NCBI GenBank assembly: GCA_021789895.1
Contig: JAJYIU010000021.1
Coordinates: 30 to 64,029 of the forward strand
Reading direction: 5' to 3'
DNA from: Acidobacteriota bacterium
GTDB taxonomy: Bacteria; Acidobacteriota; Terriglobia; Terriglobales; SCQP01
Length of the DNA: 64,000 nucleotides
The notes beneath the pieces are model-generated. The model was given only the letters and a program-made list of their open reading frames with translations, did not search any database and was not told the origin of the DNA. The translations under genes and the position numbers were made by a program. Each line of letters starts with the position of its first letter. The stretch's first letter is position 1. Shown here piece by piece: positions 45,694 to 54,385 of this stretch.

Positions 45694-47685
45694 CTAATGC
45701 GGCGCGGAATGCGGTGGGAAGCGCGGCGGGGCGCTGCCGGGCGGAGTGGCTTGAAGGGACAATTGGCGGCGCGCCTGGCGCAGGAAGGCGCGCTCCTTGG
45801 CGCCAAGTTTGCCATCGAGTAGGCGTCCCTGGCGAATCAGCCAGCGGGGGTGATGGGCGCCGAGTTCGATCGGGGCGGCCGCATCGAAGACCCAGGGCTG
45901 AGGCAGAAGGGCGAGTGCGCGCGGGAAGCATTGGGCGGCGGCCTGCCAATGGCGCTCGCGCGCCAGCGCCTGCCCGAGGCCGACCCAGGCGGAGGCGTAG
46001 TTGGGGTCAATCAGCAGCGCATGGCGGAACTGGGCGATGGCAGCGTGGGTATGTCCCCAGGCGGCGAGGTTGCCGGCGTACATGAAATGCACGGTGGCGG
46101 AATTCGGCGCGACGCGCACGGCATAGGCGAATAAGACTCCATTGTCCGACCAGACTTGCCCGCCGCGCCAGTCGGTGCGGGCGTAAATCAGCGCCAGGGC
46201 GAGGGCGGCGGCGAGCGTGATCAATTGCAAGGGGGCGAAGCCGGCTGCGAGATGCCCGCGGGCAAGCGGGCGGGCGGGCGCGGGTGCGGCCGCAGCAGAG
46301 CGCAGGCGGGCGGTGCGGCGCCAGAGCGCTTCCCAGGCTGTTCCGATGACCAGCGCGGCGCCCAGCGAGGGGAGATAGAGCAGACGGTTGGCGTAAATCG
46401 TGCCAATGGGAAAGAGCAGGTTGGCGACCGGCAGCCAGGCGAGGAAGAACCAGGCAAAGCCGAAGAGGGCGGCGCGATGGCGGCGCGCCAGCCCGGCGGC
46501 AAGCGCGCAAGCGCCCAGCAACGCCAGCGCAAGCGCCAGGCGGGGAGAGAACCAGCGGGCGACGACGGGGATCTGGTTATAGGAATAATCGGGAGAAAGG
46601 TGAAAGGGCCAGAGGAGGGCGCGCAAAGCGATGCCGGTGGTGACCAGCGAGGTGCGCCAGCGCTCGACGGCGGGGGCGAAGACCAGCGGGTTCGAGACCG
46701 ACGTGGTCGAGCGCACCATCAGTCCGACCACGCGTATGCGCACGATGAGATAGAGCAGGGTGGCGGCGGCACAGCTCCAGATCGCGGGCTGGCGAAAAGG
46801 GAGCAGAAAGCGGCGGAGTGCGTCACGCGGCGGAGCGGAAAGAGCTGAAGCCGGCGTCGCCGCCGGAGTGTACGACGCCGGGGCCGGAGCCGAGGCAGCG
46901 GCCGCAGCCGGGGCCGGGGATAGCATGGCGTATGAATCCGCCGGCGCGGCCTGTGGCGGCAGCGTGGCCATGCCGTTTGCCGCGGCGGCGGAAGCAGAGG
47001 TAATGCAAGCGGGCGCGGCTTGCGGCGGAGCGGACGGAGCTTCGATCCAGACCATCAGGCAGAGCAGGCCGGCGAGCACGATGGCGCTTTCTTTCGAGCC
47101 CAGCGCCAGCAGCGTCAACGGGAATACGGCCGCGGCGGCAGCCCAGCGCAGGCGGGGAGAACGGAAGCCGGCCTCGGCCGCCCAAAGCGCGAGCAGGGCA
47201 AAGAGCGCCGCGAGCAGGTCGGCGCGCCCGACCAATCCGGCTACAACGCCGATATGCAGCGGCGTGGCGGCAAACCAGGCGGCCGCCACCCAGGCGGCCG
47301 CGGGGCGCAGGCGGAGGCGGGCGAAGCGGAACAGCAGCAGCACGACGGCGGTATGCAGCAGGATATTGGTGGCGTGATAGAAACCGGCGCTGTCGGGACG
47401 CCATTGCCACTCGAGGGCAAAGCTGAGAATCGTGACCGGGCGATACAGCCCCATGTGGAAGAAAGGCGCCCAATAGTCCAGCCGGAACAGGCGCGTCCAG
47501 TGGCGAAGCGAGCGGATCAGAGGATTGTGGAAGACGATGTAAACATCATCGTAGGCGTAAAGATTCAGCCAGGAAGGCAGAAAGCTGATGATGGATAAAA
47601 GCGCCAATAAGGCGGCCTGAAATGCCAGGCCGGGGGCGCGGCGAGGCGGCGCCGGCAAAGCTGGGGTGGATGTGGCCACGCGCAA
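45694..47685 (-). CDS. Polytopic membrane protein, GT-C (PMT_2/TMTC-like) glycosyltransferase fold with C-terminal TPR
   Basis: First loop motif LYAYDDVYIVFHNPLIR, more than 10 hydrophobic segments, and a C-terminal TPR (AIAQFRHALLIDPNYASAWVGLGQALARERHWQAAAQCFPRALAL). There is an internal Ala/Pro-rich insert. Confidence 0.55.
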   Translation of the reverse strand: MRVATSTPALPAPPRRAPGLAFQAALLALLSIISFLPSWLNLYAYDDVYIVFHNPLIRSLRHWTRLFRLDYWAPFFHMGLYRPVTILSFALEWQWRPDSAGFYHATNILLHTAVVLLLFRFARLRLRPAAAWVAAAWFAATPLHIGVVAGLVGRADLLAALFALLALWAAEAGFRSPRLRWAAAAAVFPLTLLALGSKESAIVLAGLLCLMVWIEAPSAPPQAAPACITSASAAAANGMATLPPQAAPADSYAMLSPAPAAAAASAPAPASYTPAATPASALSAPPRDALRRFLLPFRQPAIWSCAAATLLYLIVRIRVVGLMVRSTTSVSNPLVFAPAVERWRTSLVTTGIALRALLWPFHLSPDYSYNQIPVVARWFSPRLALALALLGACALAAGLARRHRAALFGFAWFFLAWLPVANLLFPIGTIYANRLLYLPSLGAALVIGTAWEALWRRTARLRSAAAAPAPARPLARGHLAAGFAPLQLITLAAALALALIYARTDWRGGQVWSDNGVLFAYAVRVAPNSATVHFMYAGNLAAWGHTHAAIAQFRHALLIDPNYASAWVGLGQALARERHWQAAAQCFPRALALLPQPWVFDAAAPIELGAHHPRWLIRQGRLLDGKLGAKERAFLRQARRQLSLQATPPGSAPPRFPPHSAPH

Positions 47686-47964
47686 TTATATGGCAGGCAA
47701 AGGGGAATCAATGGCGGCCGCCGCTCAGCTGCCGCTCATCCGCCGGCCGCTCAGCCGCCGGCCGTTGCATCGCAACTCCCCGCTCCACCATGGCGTGCGG
47801 CCATGCGGTGGATAGGAATGGCATTGATGATTTGGCAGCGGCATTCAGCCGAAGAGGGAAATATCCAAAGTTGCAGAATACGCACAATCACGGATGATCC
47901 AACGCTTTAAGCAACATCCGACATCTCAATTGCCAGGAATCGCGGAATGAAGGAGAGGTGTCGA

Positions 47965-49011
47965 ATGAAGCGCGCGAAGACCTTCGGTGGCATGGCGATC
48001 TTCCCATTGGTGCTGGCGGTGGGAATGTGGGCGCAGTATGGCAACACATCCGGAGCCGCCAACGCCGGCAACGGACAGACGCAAAGCCTGACTCCGGCGC
48101 AGCAGCAGGCACAGCAGATCGGCTACAACGCCGGGTTTCGCGCCGGAGCGCAGGACCGGGAACAGGGCAGTCAGTATAACTTCCGCGCACACGCCGCTTA
48201 CAGGCAAGCCAGCCTGGGCTACAGCCAGAACTCGGGGACCAGCCAGCAGGCCTACAAATTAAATTTTCAAACCGGGTTTGAAAACGGCTACGACGACGGC
48301 TACAACGGGCGGACGAGCAGTCCCAGCAGCACCCAGCGGCAGCGAACGTACTCCAACTTGCCGGCCCAGGGGGCGGCGGCGAATCCCGCCGGGCAGGCGA
48401 ACGCAGCCACCGGCACGGCGCAGCATCATGCTGGAACCATTCCGCAGGGGACGGTGCTGTCGCTGCAACTGAACAACACCTTGAGCACGGAAAGCTCTAC
48501 CGCGGGGCAAACGTTCTCGGCCCGGGTCGTGCAGGCAGTTTATGACCAGCAGGGAAACGTGCTGGTGCCGATCGGCAGCCTGGTGGAAGGCACGGTGGGG
48601 CAGGTGAAGAAAGGCGGCACGCTTTCCGGCACCAGTTCGATCGCGCTGAATTTCCAGCGGTTGGAACTGCCGGACGGGCATGTGGCGGCGCTGCACGCGA
48701 ATTTGGGACAGGTGAATGCGCAAGGCAAAGGCGTGATGGGCACGCTGGGCAGCATCACGCAGGGAACGGCTTCGTCCAACAATGAAGGCCAGGTCACGCA
48801 ATCGAATACCCGGCGCACCGTGGGCAATGTCGCAGCCGGCACGGTGGTGGGCACGCTGATCGGCGCCATGACCGGACACACCGGCGCGGGCGCGGCGATT
48901 GGCGCGGCCGCGGGGTTAGGCGCGGTGCTGATGACGCACGGCCGCACCCTCAATCTGCACGCCGGAACTCCGATGACGATTCGGTTGACCCAGCCGGTGT
49001 ACGTGCGCTGA
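47965..49011 (+). CDS. Secreted hypothetical protein with C-terminal glycine-zipper segment
   Basis: AGGAGAGG lies 6 nt upstream of the ATG at 47965. Signal peptide (MKRAKTFGGMAIFPLVLAVGMWAQ), a Gln/Asn/Gly/Tyr-rich N-terminal region, and a C-terminal GTLIGAMTGHTGAGAAIGAAAGLGAVL. Confidence 0.6.
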   Translation: MKRAKTFGGMAIFPLVLAVGMWAQYGNTSGAANAGNGQTQSLTPAQQQAQQIGYNAGFRAGAQDREQGSQYNFRAHAAYRQASLGYSQNSGTSQQAYKLNFQTGFENGYDDGYNGRTSSPSSTQRQRTYSNLPAQGAAANPAGQANAATGTAQHHAGTIPQGTVLSLQLNNTLSTESSTAGQTFSARVVQAVYDQQGNVLVPIGSLVEGTVGQVKKGGTLSGTSSIALNFQRLELPDGHVAALHANLGQVNAQGKGVMGTLGSITQGTASSNNEGQVTQSNTRRTVGNVAAGTVVGTLIGAMTGHTGAGAAIGAAAGLGAVLMTHGRTLNLHAGTPMTIRLTQPVYVR

Positions 49012-49101
49012 CCCGGCTGTATTCCAGAATCCGAGCCCCGGCAAATACCGGGGCCGGAGGAATGGAGGAAGGAACGCGCTCAGCCGACTGTGGCGCGGAG
49101 C

Positions 49102-50112
49102 TCAGGCCAGGGCGGCGGCGCTGGCGGCGCCAAAGAAGCGAAACCAGGGCTGCGCCGGCCGCAGCGCGGCGTTAACGGCCTCGATATTGCGGCGGCCGTC
49201 GGTGGCCAGCCAGGCCTCGAAGGCCTTCAATCCCTGTTTGGCATAGACGGCGATGCCATCTTTCCAGGTAGCGCGGCCGCAGAGGACGCCGGAAAACGGC
49301 ACGCCGGCTTCGGCAGCGAGCGCCAAGCTGGAAGTGAATTCGGCATTGGAGACGCCGGCGCTGAGATAGATGAAGGGGCGCTTGGCGGCGGCGGCGGCGT
49401 GGCGGAAGTGTTCGATCGCTTCGGCGCGGGTATAGGCTTTCTCGGCGGCACAAGACGGCGAACCTTCGACAAATTTCAGATTGACGGGGATTTCCACCTT
49501 GAGCACGTCCACGCCATAGCGGGCGGCGGAGAACTCGGCCATGCTGCGGGTGACGATTTCGGGTTTGCGGCGGGCGTATTCCAGCCCCTTTTCGTCGCCG
49601 CCGGCGGGATCGTAGCCGACGAACTCGAGAAAGAAGGGGATGTCGCAGGCGGCGCACTCGTCGCCGATGCGCTCGATGAAGGCGTGCTTCTGATCGTTGA
49701 TTTCGGTTTTTTCAAAGGGGGTGTAATAGAGCAGCACCTTGAGGCAGTCGGCGCCGGCGTCGCGCAGGCGGCGGACGGAGTAGTGGGGCAGCAGGTCGGG
49801 AAGGCGTCCGGGGTGAGTATTATCGTAGCCGGATTTTTCGTACGCCAGCAGGAGACCGGCATTATCGGAGCGCTGGCGGGCGGCGGAGAGTCCGTATTCC
49901 GGATCGAGCAGGATGGCGCTGGCGTAAGGGGTGAGGACGCGAGTGACGGCGGATTTGAATTCCTCCATCATGGCGGGTGTGGTGGGCTTCCCGCTTTCCT
50001 TGGCCAGGGATTTTTCCAAGCTCCCGCGCTGATCCATCGCCGCCGCGGCAATCACGCCGCGGCTGTCGGAGACGGCCTGCAACCCCTTGAGTTTTCCCGG
50101 TGAGAGTTTCAT
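49102..50112 (-). CDS. Tagatose-1,6-bisphosphate aldolase family (LacD/class I aldolase)
   Basis: MKLSPGKLKGLQAVSDSRGVIAAAAMDQRGSL...ILLDPEYG...DCLKVLLYY...VLKVEIPVN resembles LacD-type aldolases. The actual sugar specificity is unknown. Confidence 0.65.
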   Translation of the reverse strand: MKLSPGKLKGLQAVSDSRGVIAAAAMDQRGSLEKSLAKESGKPTTPAMMEEFKSAVTRVLTPYASAILLDPEYGLSAARQRSDNAGLLLAYEKSGYDNTHPGRLPDLLPHYSVRRLRDAGADCLKVLLYYTPFEKTEINDQKHAFIERIGDECAACDIPFFLEFVGYDPAGGDEKGLEYARRKPEIVTRSMAEFSAARYGVDVLKVEIPVNLKFVEGSPSCAAEKAYTRAEAIEHFRHAAAAAKRPFIYLSAGVSNAEFTSSLALAAEAGVPFSGVLCGRATWKDGIAVYAKQGLKAFEAWLATDGRRNIEAVNAALRPAQPWFRFFGAASAAALA

Positions 50113-50326
50113 ACGCTTGGCTTCCCTTCCCCGCCGGGTTTGGCGCATCGGCGGATAAAAAGTGATGAAAAATTTATTTTATCCGATTGGAGCGGCGGCC
50201 GCGGCGTAAGCAAGCCGCTGATGATTGAGCGCTGTCAGATATCCGCTGTCAGCAAAACCACGAACGAAATTCCAGGCGGTTGCGATCAGCGGAACAATCG
50301 CATGGCGGCGGATGGACGGCGGGAGT

Positions 50327-51304
50327 TCAGACGGCGACGCTGAGGCTGCGGCCGTTATCGGACTCCGAAGCCGCGGGAGCCAGGGGCAGGGGAACCGGCT
50401 TGCCGATCTGGCGCAGGGTTTCAAGAATGCGTTCGGCGCGTCCCCAATCCGACCAGAGCACGCCCGGCATCTGCAAGGCGCAGACCTTGTCCGGGAAGCG
50501 GGCCAGCACCGCGGAAGAGAAATTGCGCTCGGGCAGACGCTCATACAGGCAGGCGCGCGCGGCTTCTTCGAGCGGGGTGCCGATCAGGCGGCGGTAATCC
50601 TCGAACCGCGCCATTACTTCGGGCAGCGCCTGGCGGCCGAGATCCCAAAGAGCAGCGGCCTGGGCGGCGAGGATGAAGGTATTCCACAGTCCGCCGCGGC
50701 GCATGAGCGCCTCCGCCTGGGTGGAGTTGGGCTTCTCGACGAAGGTCGCGATGGCATGGAGCGCATGGCCGCCGATTTCGCCCAGGCCGAGCCCGGGGCG
50801 AAGCCAGCCATAATCGGGTTCGGGGCGGTCGGGCGGGACGGCGACCAGAATGACGCGGCGGCTCATCAATTCAGCCGCGCCGGCGGCGGCGCGAACCGCA
50901 TGCAGGAAACGGTCCACAGGGTGTATGAAATGGTCGGAGGGGTAGATGAGCACGAGGGCGTGCGGATCGCGGGCCAGCACATGCGCGAGCGGAAGGAAGA
51001 TACCGGCCGCGGTATCGCGGTTTTCCGGCTGCGGGATCACCTCGCCGGGCACGCGGCCGGCCAGTTGGGCGGGCACCTCGGCGCGATGGGATTGGGCGAT
51101 TACGATGACGCGGCGCTCAGCGGGGACGAGCAGATCGGCGCGGTCCACGGTGTGCTGGAACATCGAGCGCTTGCCGGTAAAGGCGCAATATTGCTTGGGT
51201 TTGTCCTGCCCTAAGACGCGCTGCACGTAAGGACGGAGGCGCTCGCCCTCACCGCCCGACAGGATGATGGACCAGAGATGGTTGTTCTGGGTCGGCCCCA
51301 GCAA
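50327..51304 (-). CDS. Sugar-phosphate nucleotidyltransferase (mannose-1-phosphate guanylyltransferase-like)
   Basis: LWSIILSGGEGERLRP (GxGxRL nucleotide-binding loop)...LIYPSDHFI. The proposed start is the TTG at 51304, 6 nt after GGAGG (51315-51311). The track ORF extends to 51427 without supporting features. Confidence 0.7.
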   Translation of the reverse strand: MLGPTQNNHLWSIILSGGEGERLRPYVQRVLGQDKPKQYCAFTGKRSMFQHTVDRADLLVPAERRVIVIAQSHRAEVPAQLAGRVPGEVIPQPENRDTAAGIFLPLAHVLARDPHALVLIYPSDHFIHPVDRFLHAVRAAAGAAELMSRRVILVAVPPDRPEPDYGWLRPGLGLGEIGGHALHAIATFVEKPNSTQAEALMRRGGLWNTFILAAQAAALWDLGRQALPEVMARFEDYRRLIGTPLEEAARACLYERLPERNFSSAVLARFPDKVCALQMPGVLWSDWGRAERILETLRQIGKPVPLPLAPAASESDNGRSLSVAV

Positions 51305-51499
51305 ATCCAACCTCCTGAAATGCCAGCCTGATTGAAGTGCCAGATACAGTCTGGGGTTCGCCGATCGCCGGCATGCAAGTAAACTACAGCGATTATACGA
51401 TGACGCGGCGGTGCAGGCGGGATGCACTTAGGTGAAGAAAATTGCCTACGCGCCAATCACATTGCAATCTGCACCGCCGGATGCCGCCTTCACGCCGGG

Positions 51500-53209
51500 C
51501 TAGAGCGGCAGCAGCAGATGGTCGGGCGAAGACGGCGCCAGGGCGGCGTACACGCGCTCCAGAAATTCGGGATTGCGGGCGAGGATGGCGGCGCTGTTGA
51601 GCACGCGCTCCTGCAGTTGGCGGTGGGGAAAGAGCAAATTGGAGAGATGGGCGGCGTGGCGGCGAAGCTCCTCGTTGCGGCGGGCCATGGATCGGGCGAT
51701 GCGGGCGGCGAGTTGATCGCTCTGATGGCGGATTTTGGCGGCGGCGGTGCGGGCGGCGTCGAGCAAAGTGGGGTCGTAGTTTTCGAGCCGCTGCAGCAGG
51801 GCTTCGAGTCCGGATTGCAGATTGGATTGCAGGCCGGAGAGCGCGGCTTCCAAGCCGGGATCGAGCGAGGCGCGGGCGAGCAGATCGGCGGCGGGGGATT
51901 GGAATAAATCTTCCAGCCGCAGGCGGTGGCGGGAGAGCAGGCGGCGGGCGCGGGCATCGGTGAAGGTCAGACTGGCGCGCGGCCAGGGCTGCGGGGCGGG
52001 CACGCCGAGCAAGGCGCTCAAGGCGGAGGATTGCGCCAGATAGGCGGTTTCCGCCGGCCCGCTGATCTGACAGACGACGGGCAGCAGGCTATCTTGCAAC
52101 AGCGGGCGCAACAACGCCGCCGGCGAGACGCGTTCGGGGCGCTCTTCCAGTCGGCGGCGCAACTCAGCAGCGGCCAACGGCTCGTCGCCAAACAGCCAGC
52201 GCCGGGCCTCGCCGGAATCGGGCAGGCGGCGCAGCAGCCGGCGGGCGGCGCCATCCTGGAGAAATAACAGGCTGGCGGATTCGGCCTGGGTGACCTGCAG
52301 ATGATAGCCGCGCGCTTCCAATTCGCGATCGCGGCGGGCCAGCGCCTGGCGCAGCTCGGCGGCGCGATCGAAGGCGGCAAGGTAAAGCGGGCGGGCGAGT
52401 TCTTCCCAGCCGCGGATAAGCGGATCGAGCAACAACAGGCCCCAGGGCGCAAACCATTCCGCCATCAGGCGAGCGAAGCTGGAAGCGAAGGTCGCGCCGG
52501 GATGGTAGGCGGCGCGCAGCCGGGCGGCAGCGTCGGCCGGAGCGGCGGCGGCAGCCCGAGCGGCGGCGGCAGCGGCGGGAACTGGCGAATCCTGCGAATC
52601 GGACATTGCCGGCACTACGGCGGGGGCGGCACGCTCGGACCACTCCGCCAGCGCGGCCTCAATGCCCTGGCCGAAACCGATTTCGCCTACCGGCTGGCCG
52701 GCGGCGGCGGGCTCGACGCCGGCTTCGACGCAACAAAGCTCACTGTCGCGATCCAGCAGCCAAGCCTGATTGATTTCATCCAGATCATGATCCTGGCTGG
52801 CCAGCCAGAAGACGGGGACGGCCGGGCGGCCGGCGTCACTCAACTCCCGCGCCAGCCGAATGGCAGTGAGGGCCTTGTACAAGGTCAACAGCGGCCCGCC
52901 GAAAAGCCCGGTCTGCTGACCGGCGACAACGACCACCGTGCCGGGACGAGTGAGGCGGTCGAGATTTTCGGCGGCGGCGGGCCCGGGATCAAAACCGGCG
53001 AAGGTGGCGGCCAGCAGGCCGGCGACCCGGCGGCGGAGCTCGAGTGGAAAACGGCGGTCGAGATCAAGCGCCTCGACGCGCTGCAGCAACGCGGGAATCG
53101 AGCGCGGGCCGGCGGGGAAAAAGCCGGCGAGACGCTCGGAATCGTAGAGAAAGTCGGCGTAAAGGCGGCTGGTGCCGGGCAGGCGGCGTTGATCGAGGCG
53201 TTCGTGCAT
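51500..53209 (-). CDS. bshC: Bacillithiol biosynthesis cysteine-adding enzyme
   Basis: N-terminal RLYADFLYD...VVVVAGQQTGLFGGPLLTLYKALTAIRLA...VFWLASQDHD is the characteristic BshC (YllA) signature; length 569 aa. Confidence 0.8.
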   Translation of the reverse strand: MHERLDQRRLPGTSRLYADFLYDSERLAGFFPAGPRSIPALLQRVEALDLDRRFPLELRRRVAGLLAATFAGFDPGPAAAENLDRLTRPGTVVVVAGQQTGLFGGPLLTLYKALTAIRLARELSDAGRPAVPVFWLASQDHDLDEINQAWLLDRDSELCCVEAGVEPAAAGQPVGEIGFGQGIEAALAEWSERAAPAVVPAMSDSQDSPVPAAAAAARAAAAAPADAAARLRAAYHPGATFASSFARLMAEWFAPWGLLLLDPLIRGWEELARPLYLAAFDRAAELRQALARRDRELEARGYHLQVTQAESASLLFLQDGAARRLLRRLPDSGEARRWLFGDEPLAAAELRRRLEERPERVSPAALLRPLLQDSLLPVVCQISGPAETAYLAQSSALSALLGVPAPQPWPRASLTFTDARARRLLSRHRLRLEDLFQSPAADLLARASLDPGLEAALSGLQSNLQSGLEALLQRLENYDPTLLDAARTAAAKIRHQSDQLAARIARSMARRNEELRRHAAHLSNLLFPHRQLQERVLNSAAILARNPEFLERVYAALAPSSPDHLLLPL

Positions 53210-53245
53210 GATCGTAGTGGGCGGGAACGGGCGCGAAGGATAGCC

Positions 53246-54160
53246 TCAAACCGCCGCGGGCACGGCGAGGGCAGCGCTGGTGGCGCGGGCGAAGGCGGCC
53301 TGCAAGGCGGCCAATGCCGCGGCACTGAGCGGCAGCAGCGGCGGGCGCGGCGGTCCCCCCTGGTATCCGTTCAAGTCCATGAGCGCCTTGATCGCGGCGA
53401 CGCCGCCCTGGGCCGTAGCCAGCGCCAGCGGCAGGGCGTCGTTTTGCAGCCGCAGCGCGCGCCCGGGCGAGGTGCGGGCGGCGCTCCAGATGGCGTGACA
53501 GATTTCCGGCGCGCCGCTGGAGAGCGCCAAGATGGCGGCTTCGACCCCCACCGCCAGCGAGGCGTAGATGGTGGCGGCATTGCCGGGCAGGACCTGGAAG
53601 TTATTTTTTGCATTGGAGATAGCCAACAGGCGGCTGATTTTTTCCAGGCTGCCGGAACTTTCCTTGATGCCGGCGATGTTGGGATGCGCGGCCAGCTCGA
53701 TCGCGGTTTCCAGCTCCAGGTCAATGCCGGTCATTTGGGGAAAGTTGTAGATCAGAATCGGGATCGGCGAGGCTGCGGCGAGCTCGAGGAAGAATTGCCG
53801 CAGCGCCGCCGGGGTCATGGCGCGTTTGTAATAATGCGGGGTGCGCACCAGCGCGAGCGCGTAGCCGAGTTCGGCGGCGGCGCGGGTCATGGCCAGGGTG
53901 GCGGCAAGCGATTCCTCGCCGGTGCCGGCAATCAGCAGGCGGCGGCGGGCGGCTTCGCTGCCGGCGGCGGCGCGCAGCACGGCCAACTTTTCTTCGCGAT
54001 CGAGCAGGATGGCTTCGCCGGTCGAGCCGAGCAGGACGTAGCCGGCGAGCGGAGCGGCGGCATAGCGCTCCAATTGCGCGCGCAAGCGGTCGAGATCCAC
54101 GCCGCCATCGGCGCGAAAGGGAGTGGTGAGCGGGGCGTAGATTCCGCTTAAGTTGGGCAT
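53246..54160 (-). CDS. Dihydrodipicolinate synthase/N-acetylneuraminate lyase family (class I aldolase)
   Basis: IYAPLTTPF...GYVLLGSTGEAILL...IAGIKESSG (Schiff-base Lys context). Confidence 0.8.
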   Translation of the reverse strand: MPNLSGIYAPLTTPFRADGGVDLDRLRAQLERYAAAPLAGYVLLGSTGEAILLDREEKLAVLRAAAGSEAARRRLLIAGTGEESLAATLAMTRAAAELGYALALVRTPHYYKRAMTPAALRQFFLELAAASPIPILIYNFPQMTGIDLELETAIELAAHPNIAGIKESSGSLEKISRLLAISNAKNNFQVLPGNAATIYASLAVGVEAAILALSSGAPEICHAIWSAARTSPGRALRLQNDALPLALATAQGGVAAIKALMDLNGYQGGPPRPPLLPLSAAALAALQAAFARATSAALAVPAAV

Positions 54161-54290
54161 GGGCGGGCCTGCAAGCGTGGAAACAACGCGCGTTTAAAGC
54201 TCAGTATCGCACGGCGGCTGAAAGCTAGAGCGATCAGCGAGCAGCCGTTGGCCGCGGCCGCACAACCCCCGCGGAAGATGCTACGGCTGC

Positions 54291-54336
54291 AAAAAACAAA
54301 CGGCCGGCGGTGACGCCTGCGCGTCTCCGCCGGCCG
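54291..54336 (-). terminator. Rho-independent terminator of the Asp-box protein gene
   Basis: On the minus strand: CGGCCGGCGG-A-GACGC-GCAG-GCGTC-A-CCGCCGGCCG followed by TTTGTTTTTT. This is a 15-bp GC stem with one mismatch and a tetraloop, 50 nt downstream of the stop at 54386. Confidence 0.8.
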
Positions 54337-54385
54337 GGAAGGGTCACCGCGCCGGAACGCCGCGGCGGCAGCCGCCGCGAGCGGC

